Shown piece by piece: positions 12,739-25,970 of a stretch of 64,000 bases of DNA. This DNA comes from Eledone cirrhosa (lineage: Eukaryota): contig OZ024741.1 in NCBI GenBank assembly GCA_964016885.1, positions 295,058,001 to 295,122,000 of the forward strand. Direction: 5' to 3'. Positions within the stretch are counted from its first letter, which is position 1, and each line of letters opens with the position of its first letter. The notes beneath the pieces are model-generated. The model made no database searches. It saw only the letters and a list, made by a program, of their open reading frames with translations, and was not told the origin of the DNA. Made by a program: the position numbers and the translations under genes.

Positions 12739-13145
12739 TACTTTATTTTCTCATCTATTATTAATAGAGATCAACTACTATTATGGTCATTTATACTAGG
12801 ACAACTACCTTTCAAATGTATATGTGTGTGTTTAAATTAAAAGATATATGTACATATATCTTTTAATTTGAATTATTGATGATCTGAACCAAGATCCATT
12901 GAGCTTTTTTATTAAGGAACAATCATTATACATATTATATATGTATTGATACCTTAACATAGTATATATATATTCAGTTTTGTACTGAAAAAAAATAAAT
13001 TGAGCACAAAAAGCTGTGTGCGGCTTACCTACTGAACCTTGCTCTGAATTTGAATTGAAATAAATAAGCAAAATATACACATGCAGCGGGGTGACTTACA
13101 TTCGAGTAGAACAGTTTATGTATATTGGTGTGTGTAAGCATACAT

Positions 13146-13181
<36 letters not shown>

Positions 13182-13268
13182 TTGATTCGTTTGCAAGCAA
13201 ACAGCCTGATAAAGCTGTGCTGTGCCAATGACCAATCATCATCCGTTTGTTCAACACTGGCATCGAGG

Positions 13269-13313
13269 AACAATCAACATGTTTCTGGGTCATTACCCTT
13301 CATCAGGACTGTT
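13269..13313 (-). ncRNA. Minimal type I hammerhead ribozyme motif
   Basis: Minus strand reads AACAGTC-CTGATGA-aGGGTaatgACCCa-GAAA-CATG-TT-GATTGTT: 7-bp stem I, canonical core, palindromic stem III, NUH = GUU. Confidence 0.75.
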
Positions 13314-13667
13314 TACGTCTCTGCCAAATGTAACAAACATATATATATAATGTTTGATGATTAAGTGTTAAAGAATAAAAACTAATGATAAAATAGAAAT
13401 ATGTCTTTTTAAATGAGATCCTCGAGGATGTGTGGCTATAGCTTATTTAGCTTAGAGGTAAGTCCAGTACTGAGTTGAACTTATGTTCAGAATGTTGAGG
13501 GTTCCATTCCTGGACCAGGGGTTGTGTTGTGTTCTTGAGTAAAACATTTTATTTCTTTTTGCTCCAGTACACTCAGCTGAAAATGTGTACTTGTTGTAAC
13601 TGGGGGTTAACCCTGTGTTGTACTGGTGTCCTATCTCAGGATAAGTCATGTACTGTCAGTCACTTAA

Positions 13668-14525
13668 TCATCATCATCATCATCATCATCATCATTTTAC
13701 GTCCGCTTTTCCCTGCTTGCAAGGGTGGGACGGGTCTTATTCAGCACAGCATCTCTCCACTCGTCACGGTCCCTCGTCATCTCCACCGTGAGCTTCAATG
13801 ATCTGAGGTCTGTTCTCACCACCTCTGCCCATGTTTTTCGTGGTCTACCTCTACCACGTCTTCCTTCAACTGGCATTTCCTGGCACTTCTTCACCCATCG
13901 GTCATCCTCCATGCGCATCACATGTCCATACCACCTCAGTCTCCTCTCCCGTACACTACATTCTATCCCTCTCAGACACAGTTTCTCTCTCAACACATTT
14001 ATGCTGGGTTGTTCACGCACATTTACACTGCACATCCAACGGAGCATGCTTGCCTCATTTCTCTCCAGCTGTCGCATATCTTCTGCGGTAGCTGTCCATG
14101 TCTCACTACCATGCAGCATCGCGCTCCTCACACAGGCATCATACAACCGGCCTTTCGTACGCAGGGAGAAACCCTTCTTCATCAACAGAGGAAGCAGCTC
14201 CCTAAACTTCTTCCAACCCGTCCTTATTCTAGATACTATGGCCTCGGAACACCCTCCTCCCATGCTAATCTGATCTCCTAGGTACCGGAAGCTATCCACC
14301 ACTTCTATAGCGCCCTCTCGCATTTGAAAAATGTGTCTATCAGTGCGACTTCTACTGTCTAATTTCCCTGTACATCTACTGCATACATATTTCTCCCTAC
14401 CTGTTAGTTTGCCTGCTATCCCGCTACATCTCTTGTGTACCCAGGACCTACATTGTGTGCATTTTATAGAATTTATGCCAGTTCCTTTTCTGCATATCGA
14501 ACATGGCCATTTCCCTGACGGGAAA
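13668..14525 (-). mobile_element. 5'-truncated RTE LINE (type C, no long 3'UTR)
   Basis: ORF 13697-14677 with PHD-like finger, [21 protein letters not shown]; ORF stop directly followed by the (GAT)n tail. Confidence 0.95.
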
Positions 14526-14939
14526 TGAAAATTAAAACAGAGCATAAGCATTGACCTGAATATGGTTTTAGAGAGACAGTAATTGTAACATTTTGAGAGA
14601 GAGAAAGAGAGCAATTGCTGTATAGTATAAATCAAGATTTCCCAAACTTTTTTTGGAAACTTTTGGGGGAACCCCAAAGTCTAATACTGTTATATGGTCG
14701 TAATATAAATATACTCCGCTACCTTTATTCATGGAACCCCAGATACTAATTTGTGAAACCCACTTTAGGAACCACTGGTATAGATAGATACAGTGAATAG
14801 GAGGTGTGGTAAGAGGTAGAGAGATGCATGACAGAGATAAGAGAATATCAAAGAGGTGGGAGCTGACAGTAGATAGAGACTTAATGAGAGGGAAATTCAG
14901 TAAGAGACTGAAATGTAGATATATTGTATATCCCAGCTT

Positions 14940-15870
14940 CATCATTACCCCCATTTCAATGTTCATTTCCTCTTGTAGGAATGGGTGGATGGGTCTTCTC
15001 CATCACCATGTGTTGCATATCAATGCAGTCCTTTGTCATATGTTGATTAACCCTTTGGCATTTAAACCAGCCGTATCCAGGAAAAATTCTCTCACCTCTT
15101 TCTGTTGAAACTGGCCATAACTGGCTGCTCATACTTATGTTAAGGTATTGTTCTCAAAATAAATATCAAAATCTCATAGATTCGATGTTATGTGAGATAA
15201 AGCCTGTTCTGTGAAAATACAGTAGTAAATATAGAGTAATCATCATTATCATTTAACGTCTATTTTCCATGCAAGCATGGTTTAGATGGGAATTGCCCCA
15301 CTTGAAGCAAGATTGATCAGGTCACGATGTCTCGCTCATATAGGAACTATCTGGCAGGTTTTCTACAGTTGGATGCCCTTCCTAACACCACCACTGTACA
15401 GCGTGGACTGGGTGCTTTTTTGTTATGACACCTACACAACCTCTTTAGTTTGGACTGGATGTTCTGTGGTACCAACATAACTTTACAGGGAAAGGGTAAT
15501 GTAAATGCTAAATGGTTAAGGCTCAGTATCCTGAGATCAGTTTCTACTATTTCACCCCATGTCTTCCTGGGATCCATTCTCTTCCACTGAATCCATCCAC
15601 TTTGAGTGTCTTCTACTTTACACAACTGTCATCCTCCATACATGTCACAGTGCAGTTTTCTTTCTTGTACACTACAGCTGAGTCCTCTTATATCTAGTAT
15701 TTCCTTTCAGCTCATTTATGCTTCAATGTTCATGTACACTAACATTTCACATCTATCTGAACATGTGCATTCCTTAGTAGTTTTTACAAATCCTCTACCT
15801 CCAAGGCCTATTTCTGGTGCCTACAAGCCCCATACAGTCTACCTTCATTCTCATAAAGAAACCCTTTTTT
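14940..15870 (-). mobile_element. Old degraded RTE fragment carrying nested insertions
   Basis: PRKTWGEIVETDLRILSL in ORF 15347-15625; interrupted at 15051-15515. Confidence 0.65.
15051..15515. mobile_element. piggyBac-type MITE (TTAA TSD), itself interrupted by an RTE 3' end at about 15240-15495
   Basis: TTAA-CCCTTTGGCATTTA...TAAATGCTAAATGG-TTAA; body matches 46621-46823. Confidence 0.75.
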
Positions 15871-16054
15871 CAACTGACCTATTACGATATACAAATATTC
15901 TGAAGTTCCCTGTTGGCATATTATCAAAAAGTAAAGTTCATTCAGTAAAACTTGGTATTAAACCAATTCTCTTTGCAAGTTTAATAATGCATTCATGCTA
16001 AAACACTACTAATACTACTACTACTATTTCCACTACCACTAATAACAATAATGA

Positions 16055-16270
16055 TAGTTTCTGATTTATGTACAAGACCAACAATTTTGAGGTAGGGGAT
16101 GTCAATTAGATTGACTCCAGTACATTACTGGTACTTTATTTTATCAACCCCCTTAACGATGAAGGCAAAGCTAACTTCGGCAGGATTTAAACTCATGATG
16201 TAAAGGGACGTGACTCTATGCCACAAAGCATGTTGTCCAACGCACTATTGATACAGCCAATTCGCCACCC
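16055..16270 (-). mobile_element. SINE family B, older copy
   Basis: ctggtactttattttatcaacccc...aaggcaaagctaac...gatttaaactc. Confidence 0.75.
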
Positions 16271-16354
16271 TAATTACTATAAAGTTAAGGCATTCTATGA
16301 AGGAGCAACATGGTCTTCCAGTAATACACATGGTTTTATTTTAGGTATATATTT

Positions 16355-16485
16355 TTTCTCTGGAAGAAATCTGCTATACTCAGGCCTGGAGAGGGATGGG
16401 CTCTGCTAGGCTTAAAATGCTCAGGAAACGGCATATGTCAATACAGCGCCACTACAACTTGATCAAGGATTACGGAACCATACAA
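16355..16485. repeat. Dispersed ~130-bp repeat of unknown class (also about 17205-17320 and 58320-58455)
   Basis: Shared ttctctggaa..aatct...gggatgggct...aaaatgc...ggaccatac segments. Confidence 0.6.
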
Positions 16486-17731
16486 ACATATATTTTTTCA
16501 CTCTTTCCTTTTTTGTGTCACCCTTCTTTAGCAAGTCACTGGTTATGTTTCCAAAGTTGATATACTCACTTGATTTGCCTAATACTTTTGTGAAAGACAC
16601 TGTCATTGTTCATTGTGATGTTTTCTCTTTTTCTCAATATGGGTTTGCGTACCTCTCTAAGATATCTTATATTGTATAATTCATAAATGTAAATAAGACC
16701 ATTATTGCTCCAATCAGTCCACAAAACACTGACCAAACACCCTAAACTGAATGTGAACCTGCTCTATGACTCCTGCTAAACCAACCCATGACCCACCCTC
16801 TAAATTTTGTTAACCCAACATGAATCACCCACCTTCCCAAACATGCGCAACCAAACGTGGACCACAACAGCCACCAAATATATGTGATACAGTGCTTCAT
16901 TTTATCTTATTGCCATCTAATACTAGTCTCTAATAGACTATAGAATTTCTACAGTATAATAGATTATAATAGATTATAGAATTTAGCACTGATTACTTTT
17001 TAAGGTGACAAATTGACAGTTGTTAGAGCATTGGATCGAGTAGTTCGTGGTATTCATTCTGGCTCTCTGCTCTCTGAGTTCAAATACCACCAAGGTCAAC
17101 TTTGCCTTTCATCCTTTCAAGGTCGATAAAAAAAGTACCAATCCAGTACAGGGGTTGATTCTTCCTCTATATCTTTCTCCCTTCCATTCTCTCCATCTCT
17201 CTATCCTTCTCTGAAAGAAATCTTCTGTACTCAGATGGAGAAATGGATGGGATTTTTCAGGTTTAAAAATGCTCCAAAAAATACCACACCTCCATCAGGA
17301 GTTATGGGACCATACCAATACTAAAATATGTAATAAAAACTTTTAAATGTGGCCTACATTTTACATCTGGCCTAGGCCTGTTACCAACTTTACATTGGCC
17401 TGAGTATGACAAATTATTTTGAGTTCTCATAGATTATGTAATGGGCTTAGCTTGGTGAGGTTGGTATAGCTGATGTTTTGCTACAGGTTGAAGAGAACAT
17501 GCATGATGAGAGAGTTTCTGATGAGAAAGATGATGTGTTTAATACAAGTTTCAAAATATGAAACAATGGGATGAGTTAGTTTTATCAAAGGGGTTTAAAG
17601 GTAGTCAGTGGGGTTTTTTTCTGTTTCTCTTTTATGATTTAGTCAACAAAAGAATGGCAGTGTCCATGATCCTTTGATTTTTTTTCAGTGATTTTGAGAC
17701 TAGGAAAAATTAAGTTCGAACCATTGACTTA

Positions 17732-18667
17732 TCTGTATATATAAAATTAAGTATGTGTGTGCGTGTCTGTGTGTCTGTTTATTACCTATAGGGGCCTACA
17801 TCTTACGACCGATTTTCATGAAACTTTACAGGCTCATAGATTAGTCATCGATGAGTGTTTTTCATATATCAGCGTATCGTTTTTTTTTTTATTCCGGGGT
17901 CATTCTGCAGATAAAAATCGATAGGGGGTCACTTTTTTTAGGTATCGAAAAATAAGATTTTTGGCTCTAGCTCCCACATTTTGCCACCGATTTCGTTCAA
18001 ATTTTAAAGCAAAATAGAATTTATCATTGAACATCCTGTAATGGCTTTATATTTTGCGTTTGTTGTTCAGGGACGGCGTGGCAGCCGCTTAAATATTCAA
18101 AAGTACCACGTTTAGACTCAAATTTCTACTTTTTCGACTCTTGCTCCCACATTAATCAACCTACTTTGTTCAAATTTTACACTACGCTAGATCTGATTAT
18201 TTCACGTCTTAAAGTGGCTTTACATTTTGGATTTTTTGTTCAGGAACGGCGTGGCAGCCGCTTAAATATTCGAAAATACCACCTTTTCGCTCAAATCTCC
18301 GCCTTTTTGGCTCTAGCTCCCACCTTTTTCAACCGATTTCGTTCAAATTCGAAACTTCGGCTCCACCTCACACATGATTCAATTTATTTGGTTCAACTTT
18401 TATACTATGATAGAACCTATCATTGCACATCTTATAGTAGCTTTACACTTTGGATTTTTTGTTTAGGGACAGCGTGGCAGCCATTTAACTCTTCAAAATA
18501 CGAGTTTTTCCACCTCCCACATATTCCATACGATTTCACTCAACATTTCGCCATTTTCTACACCTTACGACCGATTTTCAAGAAACTCGCAGTCGCTAAG
18601 ATCAACACCTTTTCATCAAAGCAGATATTATTTTACCTACCCAGGCAACGCTGGGTACTGCTGCTAG
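17732..18667 (+). mobile_element. Non-autonomous Helitron
   Basis: A|TC 5' end at 17732, subterminal hairpin TACCCAGGCAACGCTGGGTA (18638-18657), CTAG|T 3' end, no TSD, internal ~175-bp subrepeats. Confidence 0.88.
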
Positions 18668-20451
18668 TCCCAAATACTTGTAACTTTGGACTGCTAAAAA
18701 CAACCAAGTATTGGGTAGTTGTGTTAAACTGGACTTTACACAGATGTAAAGGTCATATGAGCAGTGACAACTGGTGTTGTCATGATAGGAAAAACAAAAG
18801 GAGAACAGTTTGTATGTGCGTGTGTGTTTATTGCTGGTTCAGTGGTTGCGAAATAGGAGTGAAGTGAAGCTTATTACAGCCAACATTTGTAGACAAGTTA
18901 TTCTAAAGTACAGAACAGAACAAATTCAGTAAATGCAGAGAAAAAAAAGACTACAACAACAATAGAACACCACTACAACAAAAACAAACATTTTCTGATA
19001 TACTTCTCTTGGCAAGATGATGATGAGGATAAATATAGTCAGTGAAGCATTTAGAAAGCCTTTCTTTGGGTTAATAAAATTTCTTATAAATATAGCTAAA
19101 CTGACAGACCTTTTCACCAGGCATAATTTACTGGCTTAATTGTTATTCGTGATGTGATTGTAGGTAGACTGGATATATTATTATTACTTGCTGCTGCTGC
19201 TGCTGCAGTAACAGGAGGCAATCTTAGGAATTCACATGAATTGGCTCACCTCTCAAGTGAGACAGAAGGTATGGGGGAGGAGAAGTGCATGAGCTAGTTT
19301 TCTTTATTTTGTGTGAAATAATTAAAATAATTGCTTTATCTTACTCTATCTAATGTACAAAACTATACAGCTCTGTTGAAATCAAAAATTGATTTATTAT
19401 TTTATTCAACCCAATTTCTACAGGTTTCCTTCCCTTATTTTTTCATATTAACATTCTTTCTTAATATTTATTATATATTATTTATCATTATTATTACTAT
19501 TATTATCATTATTATTATTATTGTTTTCCATGCATTGCTCCTATTTCTCAGATTTCATTCTTTATTTTATTTTTAATATATTTATTTTTATTTTTATTTT
19601 TATTTATTTACTATTATAATTTTTCCTAGACAGTCTGCCAAATATTTTACCTGAAAGGAAATTGATTTATTCCCTTTGGATGGATATGCATGGCAAGATC
19701 TAGGGTAGGGGATGAGATGTGAAATGTGTGTATGTATGCATATTAGGGTATATGTGTGTGTGTGCGTGCGCATGTATATATATCCTCCTCCTCATTATAT
19801 ATATATGTGTGTGTGTGTGCATTGTGGGTTTATGTATGTAGCTATGTGGAAGACAGCTTGCATAATTAAATATATACATATTTATACGTACACATATTGG
19901 TAATAAATATTAGTTATAGTTGTTTGACCATGTGTTCATTCAAACACTCATATACACGTGCATACATTTTCTCTTAAGGAGAAATGGGTTGGTGAAGTTG
20001 CACATACATATAAATTTATGTGTCTGAGTGTAATCTATGCTTGTATGTATGTATGTGTTTGAATAATTCCTGATGTAAGTATATATACATACTCACATAT
20101 TTGTACATGCATGTGTAGATGCATATATACATAAGTGCATATGCACCACACCCATATACACACATACATGCACACATGTCAACAATTACTTTGCTACAAA
20201 AATCATTATCGATCCTATTGATTTAATCTATTTTGAAATTTTTCTCTTTTTACTTTCGGACAACGAAAGACTGAAATGAACTTTAGTCAAACATCAGTAG
20301 AGAAATGAAGGGGAGAAAAACCTATTCTTTCATTATTATTTTCTACCAGGAACTCACTTTTACTCACTCTCCCTCAACAACTGAGAAATAGTCTGAAATT
20401 ATATTTTTTAGCTCTCATTTATGTTTCACTATTATACATATATATAAATAT

Positions 20452-20516
<65 letters not shown>

Positions 20517-21027
20517 ATTCTCACACAAATTCCCATCTCTGTTATATAGCTGGTGTAACTATGCCTGTTTAAGTTTTTCTCTGAACTTTTCTACATTGAG
20601 GGTTTCTTTTCTATCACACACACACTGATGTCAGTAAAAGAAGCAAGCAATCTGCCGTTCACTATGAATAGATACATATCATCATCATGTCAGATTGACA
20701 GACAAAAGCTGAACCAATACAGCTTTGGGGATGCCAATTCTCTAATTGGCTTGGCAATAGCAAATAATAGCCATTGAAGAGAAATTATAGATGTATATAC
20801 AGGCAGGAGGAAAGAAGGAAAAAAATAACAGAAAATGAATTGAAAAAAACAACAAAACACTAAGATGGCCAGCCAGCTGGACAGGTAGACATAATTATCG
20901 AAAACTTTTGAAGAAAAAAAGAAGAAACAAAGAAAAGAAGAAACAAAAGAAAATATTAAGAATAGCTTAAAGTCAGAATGAAGAGTTTGATGAAAGCAAA
21001 AAAGTGAAAAAAAAAACTCTCACTGAG

Positions 21028-21169
21028 ATGGAGGTACTTGGTGTGAAAGATCTTTTAAATCCTAAACTGAGGAAAGATATTAAAAGAAAAATTAGTCATT
21101 GGATACAATCATGGTGCTTTAGAAAATTGCAAGAACCCTGCTGTGATTCTAACTCTGTGATATCCAGCC
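21028..21169 (+). CDS. Candidate first coding exon of an unidentified host gene (MEVLGVKDLLNPKLRKDIKRKISHWIQSWCFRKLQEPCCDSNSVISS, phase-1 end)
   Basis: GAGATGG start context, upstream in-frame TAA, 47 codons + 1 nt, then donor GTAAGT at 21170; non-repetitive neighbourhood; no homology recognised. Confidence 0.4.
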
Positions 21170-21379
21170 GTAAGTTTTGAGACAAAAATGCATATTTCAC
21201 TTGTTTCTGTCTATATGTTTTGCTTGATGGTTTGTGTGATTGTTTATTTGTGTTTTTAAATTTTAGAAATCAAAATGTTATTATATTCATCCTTTGTTTG
21301 TTTAACTCTTAACATCCTGTATGGCACGAAACCACATTAACAAAACATTCTAGGAAAGTACAAACATCACTATAATTGC

Positions 21380-21768
21380 ATTCATCATCATCATCCTTTT
21401 ACGTCAACTTTTCCCTGCTTGCAAGGGTTGGACGGGTCCTATTCAGCACAGCATCCCTCGACTTGTCACGGTCCTTCGTCATCTCCTCGGTGAGTTTCAG
21501 TGATCTGAGGTCTGCTCTCACCACCTTCGCCCATGTTTTTCGTGGTCTACCTCTACTGCGTCTTCTCTCCACTGGAACTTCCTGGCACTTATTCACCCAG
21601 CGGTCATCCTCCATGTGCATCACATGTCCATACCATCTCAGCCTTCTCTCCTGCACTCCACAACTTATCCCTCTTATACCCAGTTTCTTTCTCAACTCGA
21701 CTATGCTTGGTCGTTCACGCACATTGACATTGCACATCCAACGGAGCATACTTGCTTCATTTCTCTAC
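21380..21768 (-). mobile_element. RTE type-C 3' fragment
   Basis: ORF 21399-21749 MLRWMC...RRLRWYGHV...RPTLASREK. Confidence 0.92.
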
Positions 21769-23078
21769 ATTAAAACTCTTTACTTTATTTTACTGCAAAC
21801 ATTCACAATAATCTATGAACTTGTAACAACAATATAAACATTTGGATTAACAAACTCATTTTTAGACATTTTCTGCTAAATCTCTACAGAACGTTAAAAA
21901 TTAACATACATTTGAAAGACACCAGGAATACATTGTTATTGAGATTACTTTATTTCATTTGATTGTTTACACAGAACTTTATTCAGATATTAGAAACTGA
22001 TTTATTCAGACTAGTGCTGTCACCTTGTTTGTTATACTCACAATGTATTGGTGGTAATGTTCTCAGAATTTCAAATTGAATACTTATTTCAAATCATGGA
22101 AGGGTAGATTGTTCTTAAGCTCAGTATGCTTGTTCTTATGTTCAAGTTGTTTGTATTACTTAGTTACATGTGATGTCACTAGCTTGTTCTGCTTAAGCTA
22201 AAATATATTTTGATACTTTAATCTATGTATTTAATTAACTAATACAAGGATATCCCTGGCATGGAGAACAAAATAAGAACAATCTATCCCTGTGATTTGA
22301 ATAAAGGGTTCAGTTAAAAACTCCAAGAACATATCAAATACCACAGGTACTCAAATAATGTTGGAGGGTATAGTGGTTGAAATGTGACAAAAACAACCAA
22401 GATGAGAACACTAGTCTTAATTAATCATTTTACTCAACGCAATGAATAATAATTACTCAACTCAGAAAGGTAGACAAAATAAATTTATATAGTTAACTAC
22501 ATTTAACAAATATTGCTATATATTGCACTAGAAAGGTGGAAATAACGTCATTTGTTCTTACTAATTATAATCCAGTCTGATAATAACTTTTAATGAATTT
22601 ACTGAACTAAATCATGGAATAGTAAGCTGATTAAATAGTCACCCCCTCTCTCTGTCTCTCTCATATTATCACTTTTCCTTTCAAATACATGATATTTCTT
22701 GAGTTCTATTTCTACTTGTAAGTAAAGGTTACTTTATTATATAATTTCCTAACTCTCATCACATCATCATCATCATCTTAATATCTGTTTATCTATACTG
22801 ACGTGGTTTCAATGGATCTCTATCTATCATCATATATCAGCCCCACATCTGTATGTTGTGTTATAATATTATGAAATATAATACATTATCCCCTTATTGG
22901 TACCCTTCACTGACAGCCACATAACATGGCTTTTACCCAGAAAGTGCTGTCTACTTGTATCACATGTCCTATACCATGTAGTAATCTGTCTTGCAAACAC
23001 CTAACAGTTAATGTCTTTAATGCGGATTCAATCTCAATTATCTTGAGATATATATCTCAATGTATCAGACTCAGTTTA

Positions 23079-23350
23079 CTCTCAGGTCCTAAAAAATGAG
23101 GTGGGATGGGTAATTTTTCTTGGTTGTCTCCCTTGATTTCTTTTTAAAAACCAGAATTAGTTGTTTAGTTTACAGATTGAGACTCCACCACCCATTCTAT
23201 TTATTTTATAACATATGGGATTTCTTGTAATTTCTTGTAAATTAATTCTCACATGAATGCTAACACTTAAAATAAAATTTAATAAGTGAGGGTTGGGGTC
23301 AGAGTTGGAATAAGACCAGCTGGAGGGGACGATTATTTGAGACCTGAGAG
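23079..23350. mobile_element. TA-flanked MITE, CTCAGGTC family
   Basis: TA-CTCTCAGGTC...GACCTGAGAG-TA; interior matches 41523-41914. Confidence 0.8.
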
Positions 23351-23365
23351 TATAGAATTCCAGCC

Positions 23366-23880
23366 TCAGTCCAGCTCCATCATCAGTACCCAAGTCTCAA
23401 TGCCCCTCAGTCCAGCTCTATCATCAGTACCCAAGTCACAGTACCTCCCTGTCCATTATCAGTGCCCAAGTCACAGTACCTCCCTGTCCATTATCAGTGC
23501 CCAAGTCTCAATGCCCCTCAGTCCAGCTCTATCATCAGTATCCAAGTCTCAATGCCCCTCAGTCCAGCTCTATCATCAGTACCCAAGTCACAGTACCTCC
23601 CTGTCCATTATCAGTGCCCAAGTCACAGTACCTCCCTGTCCATTATCAGTGCCCAAGTCTCAATGCCCCTCAGTCCTGCTCTATCATCAGTGCCCAAGTC
23701 TCAATGCCTCCTGTCCGGCTCCATCACCAGTGCCAAGTCACGATGCCTCCCTGTCCAGCTCCATTATCAGTGCCCAAGTCACACTACCTCCATGTCCAGT
23801 TCCATCATCAGTACCCAAGTCACAATACCTCTTTGTCCAGCTCCATCATCAGTGCCTAACCAAGTCTCACTGCCATGCAG
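23366..23880. repeat. Minisatellite of alternating 41-bp and 35-bp related units
   Basis: Units ccagctctatcatcagtacccaagtctcaatgcccctcagt and ccctgtccattatcagtgcccaagtcacagtacct. Confidence 0.92.
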
Positions 23881-24203
23881 CATTACATCTCTTTCACTTA
23901 TTTTACACAGTCTAATGTTTACATATTAAAATAAACCCATTATTGCTATCAAAGTTAACAGATCCAGGAGCATCATTCCCCACTTTCTTATCCTAGCTTT
24001 TAAACTATCATGATTGATAACGGTGGTGTGTGTTCTTAAGGAGCTAGGTAAGCATTGCTTATCTAGCTTTAAAATTATTATTTATTCAATTATCTAACCC
24101 TTTTTTTCTGTTTCACAATTTTGTAGACTACTAGAGTCATAACCATAATATCATTTCATTTGTGTCAGTCATAAACTGCAAACATACTGGGGCACTGCTT
24201 TAA

Positions 24204-24412
24204 CCCTTTACCATTCACATTACTCTATATTTGTACAGAAAAGGCTTTATCTCCCATAATTATCTCACTTAATATCAAATCTATGAGATTTTGATATTAT
24301 TTCTTTTGAGAATAATACCTTAACGTTGAAATGAGTGACCAGTTATGACAGGTTTGAACAGAAAGAGATGAGAGAATTCTGACTGGATATGGCTGGTTTA
24401 AATGCTAAAAGG
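24204..24412. mobile_element. piggyBac-type MITE inserted in a degraded SINE-C copy
   Basis: TTAA-CCCTTTACCATT...AATGCTAAAAGG-TTAA; opposite orientation to the 46621 copy. Confidence 0.75.
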
Positions 24413-25529
24413 TTAATTTGGTTGATCGCATTGACCTCCAGTATATATTTTATTGATCTCTTTTGTGTTGATATACTAAGTTATGAAATATAAACACACA
24501 CAAATACATATATACATATATATATGACAAGCTTCTCTAATCCTCCACAGCTTGTTTCTTCTGTCACAAGGTACTGGTTAACTTGAGACTGTAGTAGAAG
24601 ACACTTGCCTAAGGTGTCACATTGTGAGAGGTGAACTCAAAACCAAACACCATATGGTTGTGAAGTAAACTCCTTTATCACACAGCCATATCTTTACTTG
24701 AATAATAACATTAACATTTTCGAATAATACAATTTTTGGGGTTTGTTTTGAATATTTTTTTAATTTATGTGAACTATATTTTACAAACAAAAGTTATGCA
24801 ATGATGGAAATATTAAACAAGAGTTAAAAACAAAATTAAGTAACGATAAAAGGAAAAGGAGTAAAGAAGGGCAGATCTGGCTGTATAGGAAAGTAAAGGA
24901 AAGGACTATAAATGCCATAAATGAGAAGAAAAGGAGGGAAAGAGCAAGGACTATTAGGCAATGGAAGAAAGAGAGGGGAAGGGGAGACAGTGAGAGACTC
25001 TACACCTAAGCTAGGGCAGTGTTTTGGCTGCACTCTGCAGACAAAACTGCAAAGGCATTTCAACACCCACTGCTGATGTTCAAAATTTACAGATGAGCTC
25101 AACTGTACAGAGTTCAAGGACACCTGAGGCCTCAATGGTGGCTGGTGCAATAGGAATAGTATAAACATGTTTTTGAATCTATTAGATTTTGTTTTGAAAG
25201 AGATGGTATCACTGCCTGGAGCTACAATAAGTTATTTTCTGGGATGTTTCTTTTTTCTCCGTTTTTCATATGCACTATGTCGTTGGTGTTAGGTGTTTTT
25301 GGCATCAGGTGCTAAATGTGCAAAAAATGCACTGTGTGGGAAGAGGGTTGTGATATTATTTGGCAGCAACTGTAGAGTGTGATCTGTATAAGTTGTTAGT
25401 GTTATGTACTGTATGCATTGTGTTATTTTCTTGGGTGGTTACTGTGACAGTGTGTTGTGTTATTTTATTTAGTTGTAATAAAATGTGTTGTGTGAGTTGT
25501 GTTATTGTATTAGGTGGCAGTTGTATAGG

Positions 25530-25790
25530 AGGCACGTGGCCTAGTGGTAAAGGTGTTGGATATACAATTATAATGTTGCGGCTTCAATTCCTGGACTGGG
25601 TTGTGTGTTGTGTTTTGAGCAAAACACTTCATTTCACACTGCTGAAAATGAGAACCAGCAATAGTTAGGGGTTTAATCCTGTGATAGACTGGCATCCTGT
25701 CCAGTTGGGAGTCTTTACTCTCAGTCACTTCACACCATGGAACCAGGATAAGCACTGGTCTGACGAGCCTCCTGGCTTGAAACAGACTTT
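25530..25790 (+). mobile_element. Older tRNA-head CORE/V-type SINE
   Basis: ggaggcacgtggcctagtggt head, ttgagcaaaacacttcatttcac core-like segment. Confidence 0.65.
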
Positions 25791-25970
25791 TAGAGATGCT
25801 GCACTCTAAGTTCAAATCCAGCTGAGGACATCTTTGCTTTTCATCCTCCAGGAATCAATAAATAAAGTAGCAGTCCAACTCAGTGGATTGGCAGAAATTT
25901 TAGAGCATCAGATGAGATACCTTGTGGTATCTGTTCAGGCTCTTTCTGTTCTGAGTTTAAATTCTGCCTA

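Noticed and set aside
18166-18867. 233-aa ORF as a captured gene
   Set aside because: Runs through Helitron subrepeats and past the element end; no recognisable domain; non-ATG start
22250-22420. Possible highly decayed hammerhead-bearing repeat (similar hints near 38255-38300 and 60030-60060)
   Set aside because: Core nucleotides missing and stems not reconstructable from this window
25753-25790. CTGACGA...GAAA as a hammerhead
   Set aside because: The hairpin consumes the core GA, and there is no stem III or stem I; it is a SINE tail stem-loop
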